Assembly: GCA_958414825.1 (NCBI GenBank)
Contig: CATYXQ010000001.1
Location: 6,401 to 70,400, forward strand
Reading direction: 5' to 3'
DNA length: 64,000 nucleotides
Source: an uncultured Eubacteriales bacterium
GTDB taxonomy: Bacteria > Bacillota > Clostridia > Oscillospirales > CAG-272
Below, piece after piece: positions 35,462-45,153 of this stretch (its first letter is position 1; each line of letters opens with the position of its first letter). The notes under the pieces were generated by a model that was given only the letters and a program-made list of their open reading frames with translations, was not told the origin of the DNA and searched no databases. A program made the translations under genes and the position numbers.

Positions 35462-35647
35462 CTATCCTTCCCGCTCTGAAAGATCGGTTTTTATGCAGAA
35501 GCGTCCCTTGCCGTTCCGTTTTACCTCATACAGCGCCTGATCCGTCATCTCATAGCACGCGTCAAAGGTGCGTTGGCGGTCAGTCACCAGCGCGCCCACG
35601 CTGTATGCAAGGAAGAAATATTCATGTCTGCGCCTCCTTTCGCTCTC
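35462..35647 (-). pseudogene. Remnant of a GGDEF-domain C-terminus (no start codon)
   Basis: My own translation of the minus strand gives HEYFFLAYSVGALVTDRQRTFDACYEMTDQALYEVKRNGKGRFCIKTDL, then a stop. ADxALYxAKxxGKxR is the typical GGDEF end. The frame is bounded upstream by TGA with no in-frame ATG. Confidence 0.6.
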
Positions 35648-35688
35648 TCAGTACCGCGCAATCCGTGGCATTCCCTCAAGGTTCTGCC

Positions 35689-37932
35689 TCACTGCGCTGC
35701 GTACCACCCTTCAAAATCAGCGGCCGGCATGGGCTTTGCATAAACATAGCCCTGGATCAGATCACAGCCGCACAGGCGCAACTGTTCCACTTGAGCCCAG
35801 TCCTCGATGCCCTCGGCCACAACAGTCATCTTCAGGTCGTGGGCCAACTGGGTGATCCGCTTGACAACGATCCAGGACTTTTCGTTTTCGTTCAGGAAAA
35901 ACTGACGGTCCAATTTGACGGTGTTGATATTCAGGGCCTTCAGCAGGGAGAGGGAGGAATAGCCGAAGCCGAAATCATCCACCGAGCAGTGGAAGCCCAT
36001 GGCCCGGATCTGGTCGATGATATCCGTGACCAGGCGGAAATCCCTGCGCTCCAGCATCAGCGATTCCGTCAGCTCCAGTTCGATCAGGCCGTCCGGGATC
36101 TGATAGGACTCCTTGATCTCTTTTAACCGATCCAGGAACGCCGTATTGTTGGAGAGGATATGCGCCCGGGACAAATTGACAGACAGCGGCACCGCGCGCC
36201 CCTCTTCCAGCCAGCCCTTCAGCAGCTTGCAGCTCTCCTCAAAGACATAAAAGTCCAGGGAACAAATTTTTCCGTTGAGTTCAAAAAGAGGAATAAAATC
36301 ACCTGGAAACAGCATACCGAACTGAGGATGCTGCCAGCGGACCAGCACCTCGCCCCCGCTCTTCTGCGTCTGGCCGGGGCGGACTTTGGGCTGGATATAG
36401 ATCTGGAACTCATGATTCTCGATGGCACTCTGGAAGGAGTCGTCCAACGCGAGTTCCCGTTCGGTCTGCCTGCTGATGGCGTCGTCATAGAAACGGCAGG
36501 TCTCCGTTTGCCTCTGATACGTGCTAGCGACCCTTGCCCGGTCAAGCAGCACCAAGAAATCGCTGTCGCGGTTTCTGACCAGATAGGCGCCCTGAGCAAT
36601 GGAGCTACGGTCAATGTGGAAGCAACTGGTCAGCCGTTCCTCCAGCCCCTCCAGCATTTCATCCAGCCGGCGGAGGGTCTCCTCTCTGCCGCACCTCAGC
36701 AGCAGGAAGAAGTGGTCATCCGAGGTGCGGGCCAAAAGCTCGCCCGCGTGTATGTGCTCCCGCAGGGTAAGGTATGTTTGCAGCAGGATCTGGTCGCCGT
36801 CTCTTACGCCAAAGCGCTGATTGAACCGCTTGAAGTTCCGGATATTCAGGTAGAGGATGGTATATAGCTGATGCGGATGCTCCCGAAGCAGACGCTCCCC
36901 TTCCATCAGGAAGGCTGTCTTGTTCATCCCGCCCGTGAGCGTATCGGTCAGCGCAACGGTCTGGATCTTTTTCAGTGAGTGGTGGGAGCTATGGCGGATA
37001 TAGGCAAGGATCAGGAATGCGCCCAGTATCAGGAGTCCGGTGATGAGCACATAGCGGACCATATAGCGCCCGGTCCCCTGGCTGAACAGATCGGCGGGAA
37101 GCAGAGTCAGCAGGATCCAGTCATTGATGCCCAGAAAATCATAGCCTAGCATCATCGGCCTTCCGCCAATATTTTGTAAATAAGTAACGCCGGAGCGCTG
37201 GGCCTGGATATCTTCCCGCATACGCTGGATCTCGGCGGCCTCTTCGCTGTTGGGCTCTTCCTCAAAGATGGTATACAGGTCATAAAAGGGCGCTGTATCT
37301 TCAGCGGAGACGATCATCGTACCCTGGCTGTCCACGATGCAGCTCATGCCCTGGTTTTCAAAGTCCACTTCCTGAAGCATCTGCTGAAGCAGGTCGTCTG
37401 TACGCACCCCCACCAGCAGGTCGGTGGTGCCGTCGGTTCTGGAAATGGGAGCGGTGAAAAACACCTCGGTGTGGTCGTGGGGACCTGCACCGGCGAAAAA
37501 GATGCTGGCCTGCGTGTAAAGCTCCGCCCCCTCCTTCAGATGGGGCATCAGCTCCGTGTGCTCGGCGGTGGCGGGAAAGATGGTCCCGTCGGCCTGCACG
37601 ACGAAGATCTCTTCCATCTCCAGATACTCGGCCTTCCGATCCAGCAGTTCCTCGGACAGAAGGAATACCGGCATTTTTGAAAAGGTATCTGCCAAATTGC
37701 GGATGTAGTCCGAGCGCATCTGCATACGGGAGGAGATGTTGCTGGCAAGCTGTGCGGAGATGTCGTCGGCATAGCCCTCAGCATTCCGCTGCAGCTGATT
37801 GTGCAGTCCAAAGGTGTTCAGCACCAGCACCGCCAGGATCGCCGCCATAAAAAGTCCGATGAGAATGGCCGGCATTGCGTATCGAACGCCGGAAGTAATC
37901 CGATCATTTGAATGCTTTGCATACTTTTTCAT
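35689..37932 (-). CDS. Sensor protein: TM, extracytoplasmic (Cache-like) domain, TM, degenerate GGDEF, then EAL phosphodiesterase
   Basis: SDDHF replaces GGDEF. The EAL domain has EVLVRW, DDFGFGYSSL, KLDRQF, AEGIED and QGY motifs. The Cache assignment is inferred from topology only. Confidence 0.8.
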   Translation of the reverse strand: MKKYAKHSNDRITSGVRYAMPAILIGLFMAAILAVLVLNTFGLHNQLQRNAEGYADDISAQLASNISSRMQMRSDYIRNLADTFSKMPVFLLSEELLDRKAEYLEMEEIFVVQADGTIFPATAEHTELMPHLKEGAELYTQASIFFAGAGPHDHTEVFFTAPISRTDGTTDLLVGVRTDDLLQQMLQEVDFENQGMSCIVDSQGTMIVSAEDTAPFYDLYTIFEEEPNSEEAAEIQRMREDIQAQRSGVTYLQNIGGRPMMLGYDFLGINDWILLTLLPADLFSQGTGRYMVRYVLITGLLILGAFLILAYIRHSSHHSLKKIQTVALTDTLTGGMNKTAFLMEGERLLREHPHQLYTILYLNIRNFKRFNQRFGVRDGDQILLQTYLTLREHIHAGELLARTSDDHFFLLLRCGREETLRRLDEMLEGLEERLTSCFHIDRSSIAQGAYLVRNRDSDFLVLLDRARVASTYQRQTETCRFYDDAISRQTERELALDDSFQSAIENHEFQIYIQPKVRPGQTQKSGGEVLVRWQHPQFGMLFPGDFIPLFELNGKICSLDFYVFEESCKLLKGWLEEGRAVPLSVNLSRAHILSNNTAFLDRLKEIKESYQIPDGLIELELTESLMLERRDFRLVTDIIDQIRAMGFHCSVDDFGFGYSSLSLLKALNINTVKLDRQFFLNENEKSWIVVKRITQLAHDLKMTVVAEGIEDWAQVEQLRLCGCDLIQGYVYAKPMPAADFEGWYAAQ

Positions 37933-38148
37933 TTTTAAACCTTCCTTCTGAAGTCAGCTGGTCTAAGGCGGCATGTGTTCCGCGCCAGAGTCCGAACAGC
38001 AAGGAATTGTCGTCCTGTGTACACAGGCGACAGCTCATATGAGATGTCGATACCTTTCTGTATGCCGTTTTTACAGCAGGTGAAACTGGCTTTTATAGAA
38101 AAACTTACTCTGTCCGTGAGGTATTCATTGACGCCCAAAGGGTGAGCG

Positions 38149-38176
38149 GTTACATTTTTTCGACAAAAAATGTAAC
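38149..38176. repeat. Perfect 12-bp-stem hairpin GTTACATTTTTT-CGAC-AAAAAATGTAAC
   Basis: Seen directly, in the non-coding stretch upstream of the EAL gene near the right edge of the island. Confidence 0.6.
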
Positions 38177-38249
38177 ATATATCTAAATTATAACAGGGTA
38201 CGAAATATTTGTACAGGGTGAGATCTCACATTCTCCCATACAAATATGA

Positions 38250-38378
38250 TTTACCGATGTTGATACACCAATTTCAGCAAGTATAGGGGTGGCATGTACG
38301 CCGCAAAGTGGAACATCTTATGATGAATTAACACAAGCTGCTGATTGGGCAAGGCTCGCTATAATGTAGCAAGCCTTG
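38250..38378 (+). pseudogene. Remnant of a GGDEF-domain C-terminus on the plus strand
   Basis: My own translation gives FTDVDTPISASIGVACTPQSGTSYDELTQAADWARLAIM, then a stop. The xSxSIGVA...ADxA pattern is present, there is a stop directly upstream, and GC is low. Confidence 0.5.
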
Positions 38379-38380
38379 CC
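38348..38380 (+). terminator. Stem-loop at the end of the plus-strand GGDEF remnant
   Basis: GGCAAGGCT, then a 15-nt loop, then AGCCTTGCC followed by TGTTCAAATT. Confidence 0.45.
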
Positions 38381-38400
38381 TGTTCAAATTACCTACATAC

Positions 38401-38433
38401 AAAGAAAGAACTGCCACATCGCTGTGGCAGTTC
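38401..38433 (-). terminator. Rho-independent terminator of rpsU
   Basis: The minus strand reads GGAACTGCCACA-GCGA-TGTGGCAGTTC followed by TTTCTTTGT. Confidence 0.75.
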
Positions 38434-38497
38434 CTTTCACTCTGGACGATTTCGGTGATACCCTTATGAGGCCGGAGCATTCGCTTCCCTGTTTTGA

Positions 38498-38674
38498 TTA
38501 CTTATACTTACGCTTGCGCGCCGCCTCAGATTTCTTCTTGCGCTTAACACTCGGCTTCTCATAATGTTCTCTTTTGCGAAGTTCGGTAAGCACACCGGAT
38601 CTTGCACACTGGCGTTTAAAGCGGCGAAGAGCGCTGTCAAGAGATTCATTTTCTTTCACTCTGACTTCTGCCAT
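38498..38674 (-). CDS. rpsU: 30S ribosomal protein S21
   Basis: [42 protein letters not shown]. The start is trimmed to ATG 38674. Confidence 0.95.
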   Translation of the reverse strand: MAEVRVKENESLDSALRRFKRQCARSGVLTELRKREHYEKPSVKRKKKSEAARKRKYK

Positions 38675-38786
38675 CTGAATTTTCCCTCCCCTCGCCATTG
38701 GACAATTGCCCAATCAAAGAAATAATTACACTTTATTATAGCGTTTTCGTTCTAAAAAGTCAATAGAGAAAATAGAATTTTTTGAA

Positions 38787-41189
38787 TTATTTTACTACAA
38801 TATTGACGATTTTGTTCGGAACAACAATTTCTTTCACGACAGTTTTGCCCGCAGACGCCGCAATCAGGCGTTCGTCTTTTTTCGCTGCCGACAGCGTTTC
38901 CTCCTTGCCGAGCCCTGCCGGAAGCATCATAGTTCCCTTAAACTTTCCGTTTACCTGAAGCGCGATTTCAACCGTCTCGTCCACCGTCTTTTCCGCGATG
39001 TACTGCGGCCATGCCTCAAGCGACAAAAGCGTGTCGTGGCCAAGCTGCTGCCAGACCTCTTCGCAAAGATGCGGCGCAAACGGACAAAGCAATTTCGCCA
39101 AAGTTTCAAGTTCACGCTTTGTCAGTCCGCCTTGATCGTATACTTCGTTTAAAAACGCCATCATAGAAGCAATCGCGGTATTGAACTTCATGCCGTCAAT
39201 ATCTTCCGTGACTTTTTTAATCATCTTATGCATACTCGATTCGAGTGCTGGTGTAACCTCTCCCGACCGCACCATATCGGTCAAAGCCGCAAAACGCTCC
39301 AAAAAGCGCTTGCATCCGCGAATGCTGGCTTGCGACCAGGGCGCCGATTTCTCAAAGTCACCGATAAACATTTCATACAGCCGCAGTGCGTCCGCGCCGA
39401 ATTCTTTCACAACGTCATCCGGATTGATGACATTGCCGCGCGACTTGGACATTTTTTCACCGTTTTCGCCGAGAATCATGCCGTGCGCCGTCCGTTTCAG
39501 ATACGGCTCCGGACAGGAAAGAATGCCCATATCATAGAGGAACTTCGCCCAGAAACGGGAATACAAAAGGTGCAGCGTGACATGCTCCATGCCGCCGTTA
39601 TACCAATCGACCGGCATCCAGTAATCAAGCGCTTCTTTTGCAGCGAGCGCCTCGGTATTCTTCGGATCGCAGTAGCGCAAAAAATACCAGGACGACCCCG
39701 CCCAGTTCGGCATCGTATCGGTTTCACGCACAGCGGAGCCGCCGCAAACGGGACAGGCCGTTTTTACCCAGTCCGTAATCTTGGAAAGCGGCGATTCACC
39801 CGTGTCCGTAGGCTCATAATCCTTGACTGCGGGAAGCAAAAGCGGGAGATCTTCCTCTTTCAGCGGCTGCCATCCGCAGGTCTCGCAATGTACCATCGGA
39901 ACCGGCTCGCCCCAATAGCGCTGACGCGAGAACACCCAGTCGCGCAGCTTAAAGTTTGTCTTCTTCAAGCCGACGCCCTGTTCCGTCAGCCACTCGATGA
40001 TTTTTTCTTTCGCTTCGGCAACCTCCAAGCCGTTCAAAAAGCCGGAATTCACCAATTTGCCGGACGATACGTCGGTAAACGCAGCTTCTTGTACATTGCC
40101 GCCCGCAACAACCTCTATAATGGGAAGATCAAATTTCTTGGCAAAATCCCAGTCGCGCGTATCGTGCGCGGGCACAGCCATAATAGCGCCCGTTCCGTAC
40201 GTAGAAAGTACATAGTCCGATACAAAAATCGGAATTTTCGCACCGTTTACGGGATTGACAGCCATCACGCCGTCAAGACGAACGCCGGTCTTGTCTTTGA
40301 CCAGTTCCGTGCGTTCAAAATCCGATTTGCGCGCCGCTTCTTCGCGGTAAGCCTCGATCTCGGCATAATTATTCAGCTTATCTTTCCACTGTTCAACCAG
40401 TCTGTGTTCGGGCGCGATCACCATATACGTCGCGCCGAACAGCGTGTCCGGCCGCGTCGTATACACGACGATGTCGTCCCCCTCAGTGGATTTAAATGTA
40501 ACCTCAGCACCGTGCGAACGACCAATCCAGTTGATTTCCTGCGTTTTTACCCGCTCGATGAAATCCAAATTCTGAAGATCGTCGATCAATCTATCTGCAT
40601 AATCGGTAATTTTCAGCATCCACTGACTTTTAACCTTATGCACAACCTCGCTGCCGCACCGTTCGCAAACTCCGTTGACTACTTCCTCATTGGCAAGCAC
40701 CACTTTGCAGGATGTGCAAAAATTGACATTCATTTCCTTTTTATAGGCCAGACCGCGTTTGTACAGTTGAATAAAAATCCACTGCGTCCACTTATAGTAA
40801 TCCGGATCAGTCGTGTTAATCTCACGCGACCAATCAAAACTGAATCCGAGCATTTTAAGCTGCTGCTTAAACCGTGCAATGTTCTGCTCGGTAACCAGGG
40901 TGGGATGAATTTTATTTTTTATCGCATAGTTCTCCGTCGGCAGACCGAATGCATCCCATCCCATCGGGAAAAGAACGTTGAAGCCCTGCATACGCTTTTT
41001 CCGCGCGACAATATCCATCGCCGTATACGGGCGCGGATGGCCGATATGCAGTCCCTGTCCCGAAGGATACGGGAATTCCACCAATGCGTAATATTTCGGT
41101 TTGGTATAATCGTTTTTCGCTTCAAATGCATGTTTTTCATCCCAGATTTTCTGCCATTTGGGTTCAATTTCACTGTAATTATACTTCAT
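38787..41189 (-). CDS. leuS: Leucine--tRNA ligase
   Basis: 800 aa with HIGHPRPY (HIGH) and KMSKSRGN (KMSKS) motifs and a CP1 editing domain. Confidence 0.97.
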   Translation of the reverse strand: MKYNYSEIEPKWQKIWDEKHAFEAKNDYTKPKYYALVEFPYPSGQGLHIGHPRPYTAMDIVARKKRMQGFNVLFPMGWDAFGLPTENYAIKNKIHPTLVTEQNIARFKQQLKMLGFSFDWSREINTTDPDYYKWTQWIFIQLYKRGLAYKKEMNVNFCTSCKVVLANEEVVNGVCERCGSEVVHKVKSQWMLKITDYADRLIDDLQNLDFIERVKTQEINWIGRSHGAEVTFKSTEGDDIVVYTTRPDTLFGATYMVIAPEHRLVEQWKDKLNNYAEIEAYREEAARKSDFERTELVKDKTGVRLDGVMAVNPVNGAKIPIFVSDYVLSTYGTGAIMAVPAHDTRDWDFAKKFDLPIIEVVAGGNVQEAAFTDVSSGKLVNSGFLNGLEVAEAKEKIIEWLTEQGVGLKKTNFKLRDWVFSRQRYWGEPVPMVHCETCGWQPLKEEDLPLLLPAVKDYEPTDTGESPLSKITDWVKTACPVCGGSAVRETDTMPNWAGSSWYFLRYCDPKNTEALAAKEALDYWMPVDWYNGGMEHVTLHLLYSRFWAKFLYDMGILSCPEPYLKRTAHGMILGENGEKMSKSRGNVINPDDVVKEFGADALRLYEMFIGDFEKSAPWSQASIRGCKRFLERFAALTDMVRSGEVTPALESSMHKMIKKVTEDIDGMKFNTAIASMMAFLNEVYDQGGLTKRELETLAKLLCPFAPHLCEEVWQQLGHDTLLSLEAWPQYIAEKTVDETVEIALQVNGKFKGTMMLPAGLGKEETLSAAKKDERLIAASAGKTVVKEIVVPNKIVNIVVK

Positions 41190-41601
41190 TGCTGCCGTCC
41201 TCGCTGCCGTCAGAGCGGATATCTTCGGTTAAAAAACGCTTGATATCCACCTGGTTTTCTTCATGATATAATTTTTCCAACTTATAGAAATCGCGCTGTT
41301 CTTTCGTGAAGATATGCACGAGCACCGCTCCATAGTCCATCAATACCCAATTTCCGGTACCGCGACCGTCAACCCGTGCCATTGAGACGCCCTGCCGCGC
41401 AGTTTGAAATTCCACTTCATCAGACAGCGCATTGACATGCGTCGTGGAACGCCCGCAGCATAGCACATAATAATCCGCTATGATCGTCTGATCCTCTACG
41501 TGGATCAATTGAATATCCGATGCACTTTTTTTATATAGAGTTTCTACGCAAAAGCAGGCAAGCCCCAGCGGTTCATTCAAATTAAATTTTGTATCTTCCA
41601 T
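41179..41601 (-). CDS. rsfS: Ribosome silencing factor RsfS (Iojap-like)
   Basis: [21 protein letters not shown]...[28 protein letters not shown]. The start is trimmed to ATG 41601. It overlaps the leuS start by 11 nt. Confidence 0.9.
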   Translation of the reverse strand: MEDTKFNLNEPLGLACFCVETLYKKSASDIQLIHVEDQTIIADYYVLCCGRSTTHVNALSDEVEFQTARQGVSMARVDGRGTGNWVLMDYGAVLVHIFTKEQRDFYKLEKLYHEENQVDIKRFLTEDIRSDGSEDGSNEV

Positions 41602-41765
41602 CTGTGCTCCTTTTTTATTCTTTTCGGAATGCCATCCGGCGCCTCCGACATTTTTCCGTGCATAAGATCGGGTTCTACATTTACCGATTAGGATGCATCC
41701 CTCAAATCTTACTGCCGACCGCATCCGCCGACAGACGGCTCAGCCGTTGCAGCAGCCTCTGCCGT

Positions 41766-42965
41766 CTATACCCCGGCAGAAGCATATCTGTAAATATCTA
41801 TATCCTCCGTATGATCGGCAGTATATGACTCCTCGTCCACATTCTCTGTCATAAACAGCGAATACATATATGTGTCTACCGTATCATACAACGCATTGTC
41901 CCGGTCAAACATGTCCACAGTCACTTCAAAATTATAGGAATTGAAATATTTATTGATCGCGGCAATTGTAGCGTCCCGATATACGATATAATACCACGTT
42001 CCGCTGGTATCATACTGACGCCCCTGAATACCGGGAACTGTCATCATAGTCATCTTGGACAAATCCACCGACAAAGCCTGTTTCGCGAAATACACGACCT
42101 GCTGCAGTTCAAGATCGGTCGTCACATGCTTTAATACTTTCTCGGCAACGCTTGCTATCGTAGAAACCGTGAAATTATTTTTAACCTGTTCAATACAAGC
42201 GCTGATAAACAGTTTTTGCGCGTCCACACGCCCGATATCGCCTTCAATATACCCACTGCGGAAACGGATAAACTGCTCCGCCTGTTCACCGGTCAGCGTC
42301 TGTTCGCCGGGATACAGATCAATATACAGATTCTGCACCGGGTCGCGGTAATACATTCTGCTCGGCACGTTCATTTTTACACCGCCGAGCGCATCTACAA
42401 TCTCTACAAAGCCGTTCAGATCCATAATCGCATAGTAGTCGATCGTGATACAAAAAACCTGCTCAATGGCTTTTTCCAATTCTTTCACCGCAGCCGAATA
42501 CGGATCCGCTTCTTTATTCCGCACCGCCTCATTATAAAATGAGGCAAGGAGTGAATTGATTTTATGATTGCCGCGACCGATATCAATATAGGTATCTCTC
42601 GGAAACTGCATTAAACTGATCGCACCGTTGGTCACGTCAAAGGACACAATCATCATTACATCCGTATTGAACGCCCAGCGATCCTTGCCGAGAATCAGAA
42701 AATTATATTTTTCCATACGTTCCGGCTGATCGACCGTTTCTCCAGAGGGATCGGTAAAAAGGATTGTACTGTCCCCCGTTTGAAACGGAAGATCTACGAT
42801 CGGTTCCGGCTTGTACAACAGCAAAACCGTCACAATTGCCGCAAGCACGACAAACAAAGCGATCACACAGACAAGCACAACCGTCTGCGCCCGTCTTTTT
42901 CTTCGGCCGTTGCGTCTTGCACCGGCATTTACGGATAAATTTCTGTTGTTATTACGTTCACTCAT
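41766..42965 (-). CDS. LCP (LytR-CpsA-Psr) family cell-wall polymer transferase
   Basis: N-terminal TM anchor, then NFLILGKDRWAFNTDVMMIVSFD...INSLLA, typical of the LCP domain. Confidence 0.85.
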   Translation of the reverse strand: MSERNNNRNLSVNAGARRNGRRKRRAQTVVLVCVIALFVVLAAIVTVLLLYKPEPIVDLPFQTGDSTILFTDPSGETVDQPERMEKYNFLILGKDRWAFNTDVMMIVSFDVTNGAISLMQFPRDTYIDIGRGNHKINSLLASFYNEAVRNKEADPYSAAVKELEKAIEQVFCITIDYYAIMDLNGFVEIVDALGGVKMNVPSRMYYRDPVQNLYIDLYPGEQTLTGEQAEQFIRFRSGYIEGDIGRVDAQKLFISACIEQVKNNFTVSTIASVAEKVLKHVTTDLELQQVVYFAKQALSVDLSKMTMMTVPGIQGRQYDTSGTWYYIVYRDATIAAINKYFNSYNFEVTVDMFDRDNALYDTVDTYMYSLFMTENVDEESYTADHTEDIDIYRYASAGV

Positions 42966-42968
42966 ACT

Positions 42969-43610
42969 TTACTGCCTCTGTTCACTCTCAAGCTTTAAGA
43001 GAAACGCGTTGCGCGCGCGAAACGTATCCGGCGCGATTACGCTTCCCCTGCTCATCAAATCATGAATGGTAAGGTCAAACGACAAAACCATTGTCCTATA
43101 TAAATGAAACTGCCTTGCCTCTTTGGTACCAAGAGTTTGAACGCCGTCCCAGAAAAAACTGCGAAGTTTTTTACAATCGTCAAATTTCCGAAGCGGTTCG
43201 ATGAAATCGGCGAGATATAGTATACAGTCCAAAAGAGACATATTTTCACTGCCCGCCGTGTGTTTTTTCACTGCGGAAAGAATGTCCGGATCCGCAAAAT
43301 CCGGATACAGCCGCGGAATCAGGAGCGCCGCTGTTTCGGAATGAAACACGCTTGGGCAATGCAGAATAACATTGTCGATTATTATACCAAATTCTGAGAA
43401 GATTTGCAACTGTTTTTTATGGTCGTATTCTTTTGTTATGTCGTGCAAAAGAGCAGAAATCCTCGCTTTTTGAACGAATTCCGGCAAATATATTTGTGCG
43501 AGGCGCGCGGCTTCTTTTTCCACGGACAGCACATGCTCGAAGCGATAGGCGCCAAGCGACCGGCCGACCGCACAGCGCAGTTCATCTATTTTTTGCTCAT
43601 CCCAAGTCAT
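42969..43610 (-). CDS. yqeK: HD-domain bis(5'-nucleosyl)-tetraphosphatase YqeK
   Basis: RFEHVLSVEKEAARLA...ALLHDITKE. Conserved nadD-yqeK context with a 4-nt overlap. Confidence 0.85.
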   Translation of the reverse strand: MTWDEQKIDELRCAVGRSLGAYRFEHVLSVEKEAARLAQIYLPEFVQKARISALLHDITKEYDHKKQLQIFSEFGIIIDNVILHCPSVFHSETAALLIPRLYPDFADPDILSAVKKHTAGSENMSLLDCILYLADFIEPLRKFDDCKKLRSFFWDGVQTLGTKEARQFHLYRTMVLSFDLTIHDLMSRGSVIAPDTFRARNAFLLKLESEQRQ

Positions 43611-44230
43611 CGCCTGTATAACCCCTGTGTTTGAATGTATAGTTCAACCGAAGCGGGCAGCAGCGCGGAAACAGCTTCTCCTCTTTGCACCATATCGCGG
43701 ATTTGGCTTGAAGAAACCGCAAAAGGCACAGCCGGGATTTCAATAATATCCGCGCCGTAGCGCCGCCGAAGATCCATTGCTTTTTCTCTGGCTGCCGCCG
43801 CTGTTTGCAAATCCCCGAAACGGCACATATACGCGATTTGCGCCATGCGCAGCAAATCCTCAAAGCAATGCCATTGCTCCAGCGTCAAAAGCATGTCCGT
43901 CCCGCAATAAACCGAAACAAGATCAGCCGTCGGCAACAGCGCCTTTACCGTGTCCACAGTATAACTCTTGCCGCCCCGGCGCATCTCGATATCCGAAATA
44001 AAAACATTATACCCCGGCTCCAATGTTTTTACAGCCAGGCGCAGCATATCAAGCCGCTGGCTGTCGGTCGCACGGTCCTGCCGTATTTTATGCGGCGGTT
44101 TTGCAGTAGGAATCATGTACAGCACATCCGGTTTGACGGTCTCGTAAAACGCGCGCAATGCCCGAAGATGCCCGTTATGCACCGGTGAAAACGTACCGCC
44201 GAACACGGCAAGCTTTGAAACCTTTTTCAC
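43607..44230 (-). CDS. nadD: Nicotinate-nucleotide adenylyltransferase
   Basis: AVFGGTFSPVHNGHL motif. Confidence 0.92.
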   Translation of the reverse strand: MKKVSKLAVFGGTFSPVHNGHLRALRAFYETVKPDVLYMIPTAKPPHKIRQDRATDSQRLDMLRLAVKTLEPGYNVFISDIEMRRGGKSYTVDTVKALLPTADLVSVYCGTDMLLTLEQWHCFEDLLRMAQIAYMCRFGDLQTAAAAREKAMDLRRRYGADIIEIPAVPFAVSSSQIRDMVQRGEAVSALLPASVELYIQTQGLYRR

Positions 44231-44517
44231 ACCAAATCAATCCTTTGTTTTGTCTTTGAGCGTCTGTACAGCACAAACCGGCTTCCGGTGACCGAAACCA
44301 CCTCCGAACCGGTCGCGGATGCAAGCGTGTCAGCGGCCTCTCTCGCCGTATAGCCGCTGTTTTCGAGTACGCGGGCTTTGATAAGCTCCCGCGCCTCCAG
44401 CGCATTGGAAATCTGGCGAACTGTTTCTTCACCGATACCGCCCTTGCCCACCTGAAATATGGTTTCGAGCCCGTTTGCCATGGCGCGCAGCGCCGCTCTC
44501 TGTTTACTTGTCAGCAT
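44227..44517 (-). CDS. yhbY: YhbY-family (CRM domain) RNA-binding protein
   Basis: MLTSKQRAALRAMANGLETIFQVGKGGI...ELIKARVLEN. The start is trimmed to ATG 44517. Confidence 0.85.
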   Translation of the reverse strand: MLTSKQRAALRAMANGLETIFQVGKGGIGEETVRQISNALEARELIKARVLENSGYTAREAADTLASATGSEVVSVTGSRFVLYRRSKTKQRIDLV

Positions 44518-45145
44518 TTTCTTTTTGATTCTCCGATCCGTTTTGACAAATGGCCTCGGCAAACGCCAAAGCAAATTTCCGCATGGCGATTCCCCGGTGA
44601 CTGATCGCATTTTTTTCCTCAGCGCGCATCTGCGCATAGGATTTCCCCGCCGGCTCGTACCAAAACAGCGGGTCATACCCGAAACCGCCCTCGCCGACCG
44701 GCGTCTTTAAAATCCGACCGGGACATTCGCCGCGCACAACAATCTCCTCACGCCCGTCCGGGAACGAACATGCGACAACCGAAACAAAACGTGCCGTGCG
44801 GCGCGCATCCGGTACATTTTCAAGTGCGCAAAGCAGTTTTTGATTGTTTTTTTCCGAGTTGCATTCCTCACCTGCATACCGTGCGGAATACACGCCCGGC
44901 GCGCCGTCAAGCGCGTCCACCTCCAGTCCGGAATCGTCCGCAACCGTAATATAGCCGAGACGCGCGCCCGTGCGTGATTTAATCAGCGCATTGTCCTCAA
45001 AGGTCGTTCCGTTTTCTTCAATTTCATCGAAAAAGCCGACGTCCGCCATGGATACGACTTCCACATCTGAAACAGCGGTGCAAAGCAGCGCCTGCAATTC
45101 GGCGATTTTTCCCTTATTGTGAGACGCTAGCAAAACTTTCATCAT
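44504..45145 (-). CDS. rdgB: Non-canonical purine NTP pyrophosphatase (RdgB/HAM1)
   Basis: LLASHNKGKIAE...DDSGLEVDALDGAPGVYSARY...GFGYDPLF. Confidence 0.92.
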   Translation of the reverse strand: MMKVLLASHNKGKIAELQALLCTAVSDVEVVSMADVGFFDEIEENGTTFEDNALIKSRTGARLGYITVADDSGLEVDALDGAPGVYSARYAGEECNSEKNNQKLLCALENVPDARRTARFVSVVACSFPDGREEIVVRGECPGRILKTPVGEGGFGYDPLFWYEPAGKSYAQMRAEEKNAISHRGIAMRKFALAFAEAICQNGSENQKENADK

Positions 45146-45153
45146 AATTCCCC

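Noticed and set aside
37935-38138. 67-aa minus-strand ORF directly upstream of the EAL gene.
   Set aside because: It has no RBS, its composition is odd, and it sits in what looks like the promoter/leader region. I treated it as non-coding.
38218-38229. The 12-bp perfect palindrome GTGAGATCTCAC, considered on its own as a regulatory site.
   Set aside because: Roughly 15 perfect 12-bp palindromes are expected by chance in 64 kb. It is of interest only in combination with the flanking inverted repeat, which is reported as a finding.
39228-41243. 671-aa ORF on the plus strand.
   Set aside because: It lies antisense to leuS, which has clear HIGH/KMSKS motifs. The translation is Arg/Phe/Ile-rich low-information sequence with no recognisable motif, so it is a typical shadow ORF.
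41190-41300. A T-box leader upstream of leuS.
   Set aside because: The leuS start overlaps the 3' end of rsfS by 11 nt, so there is no leader. leuS is co-transcribed with the upstream genes.
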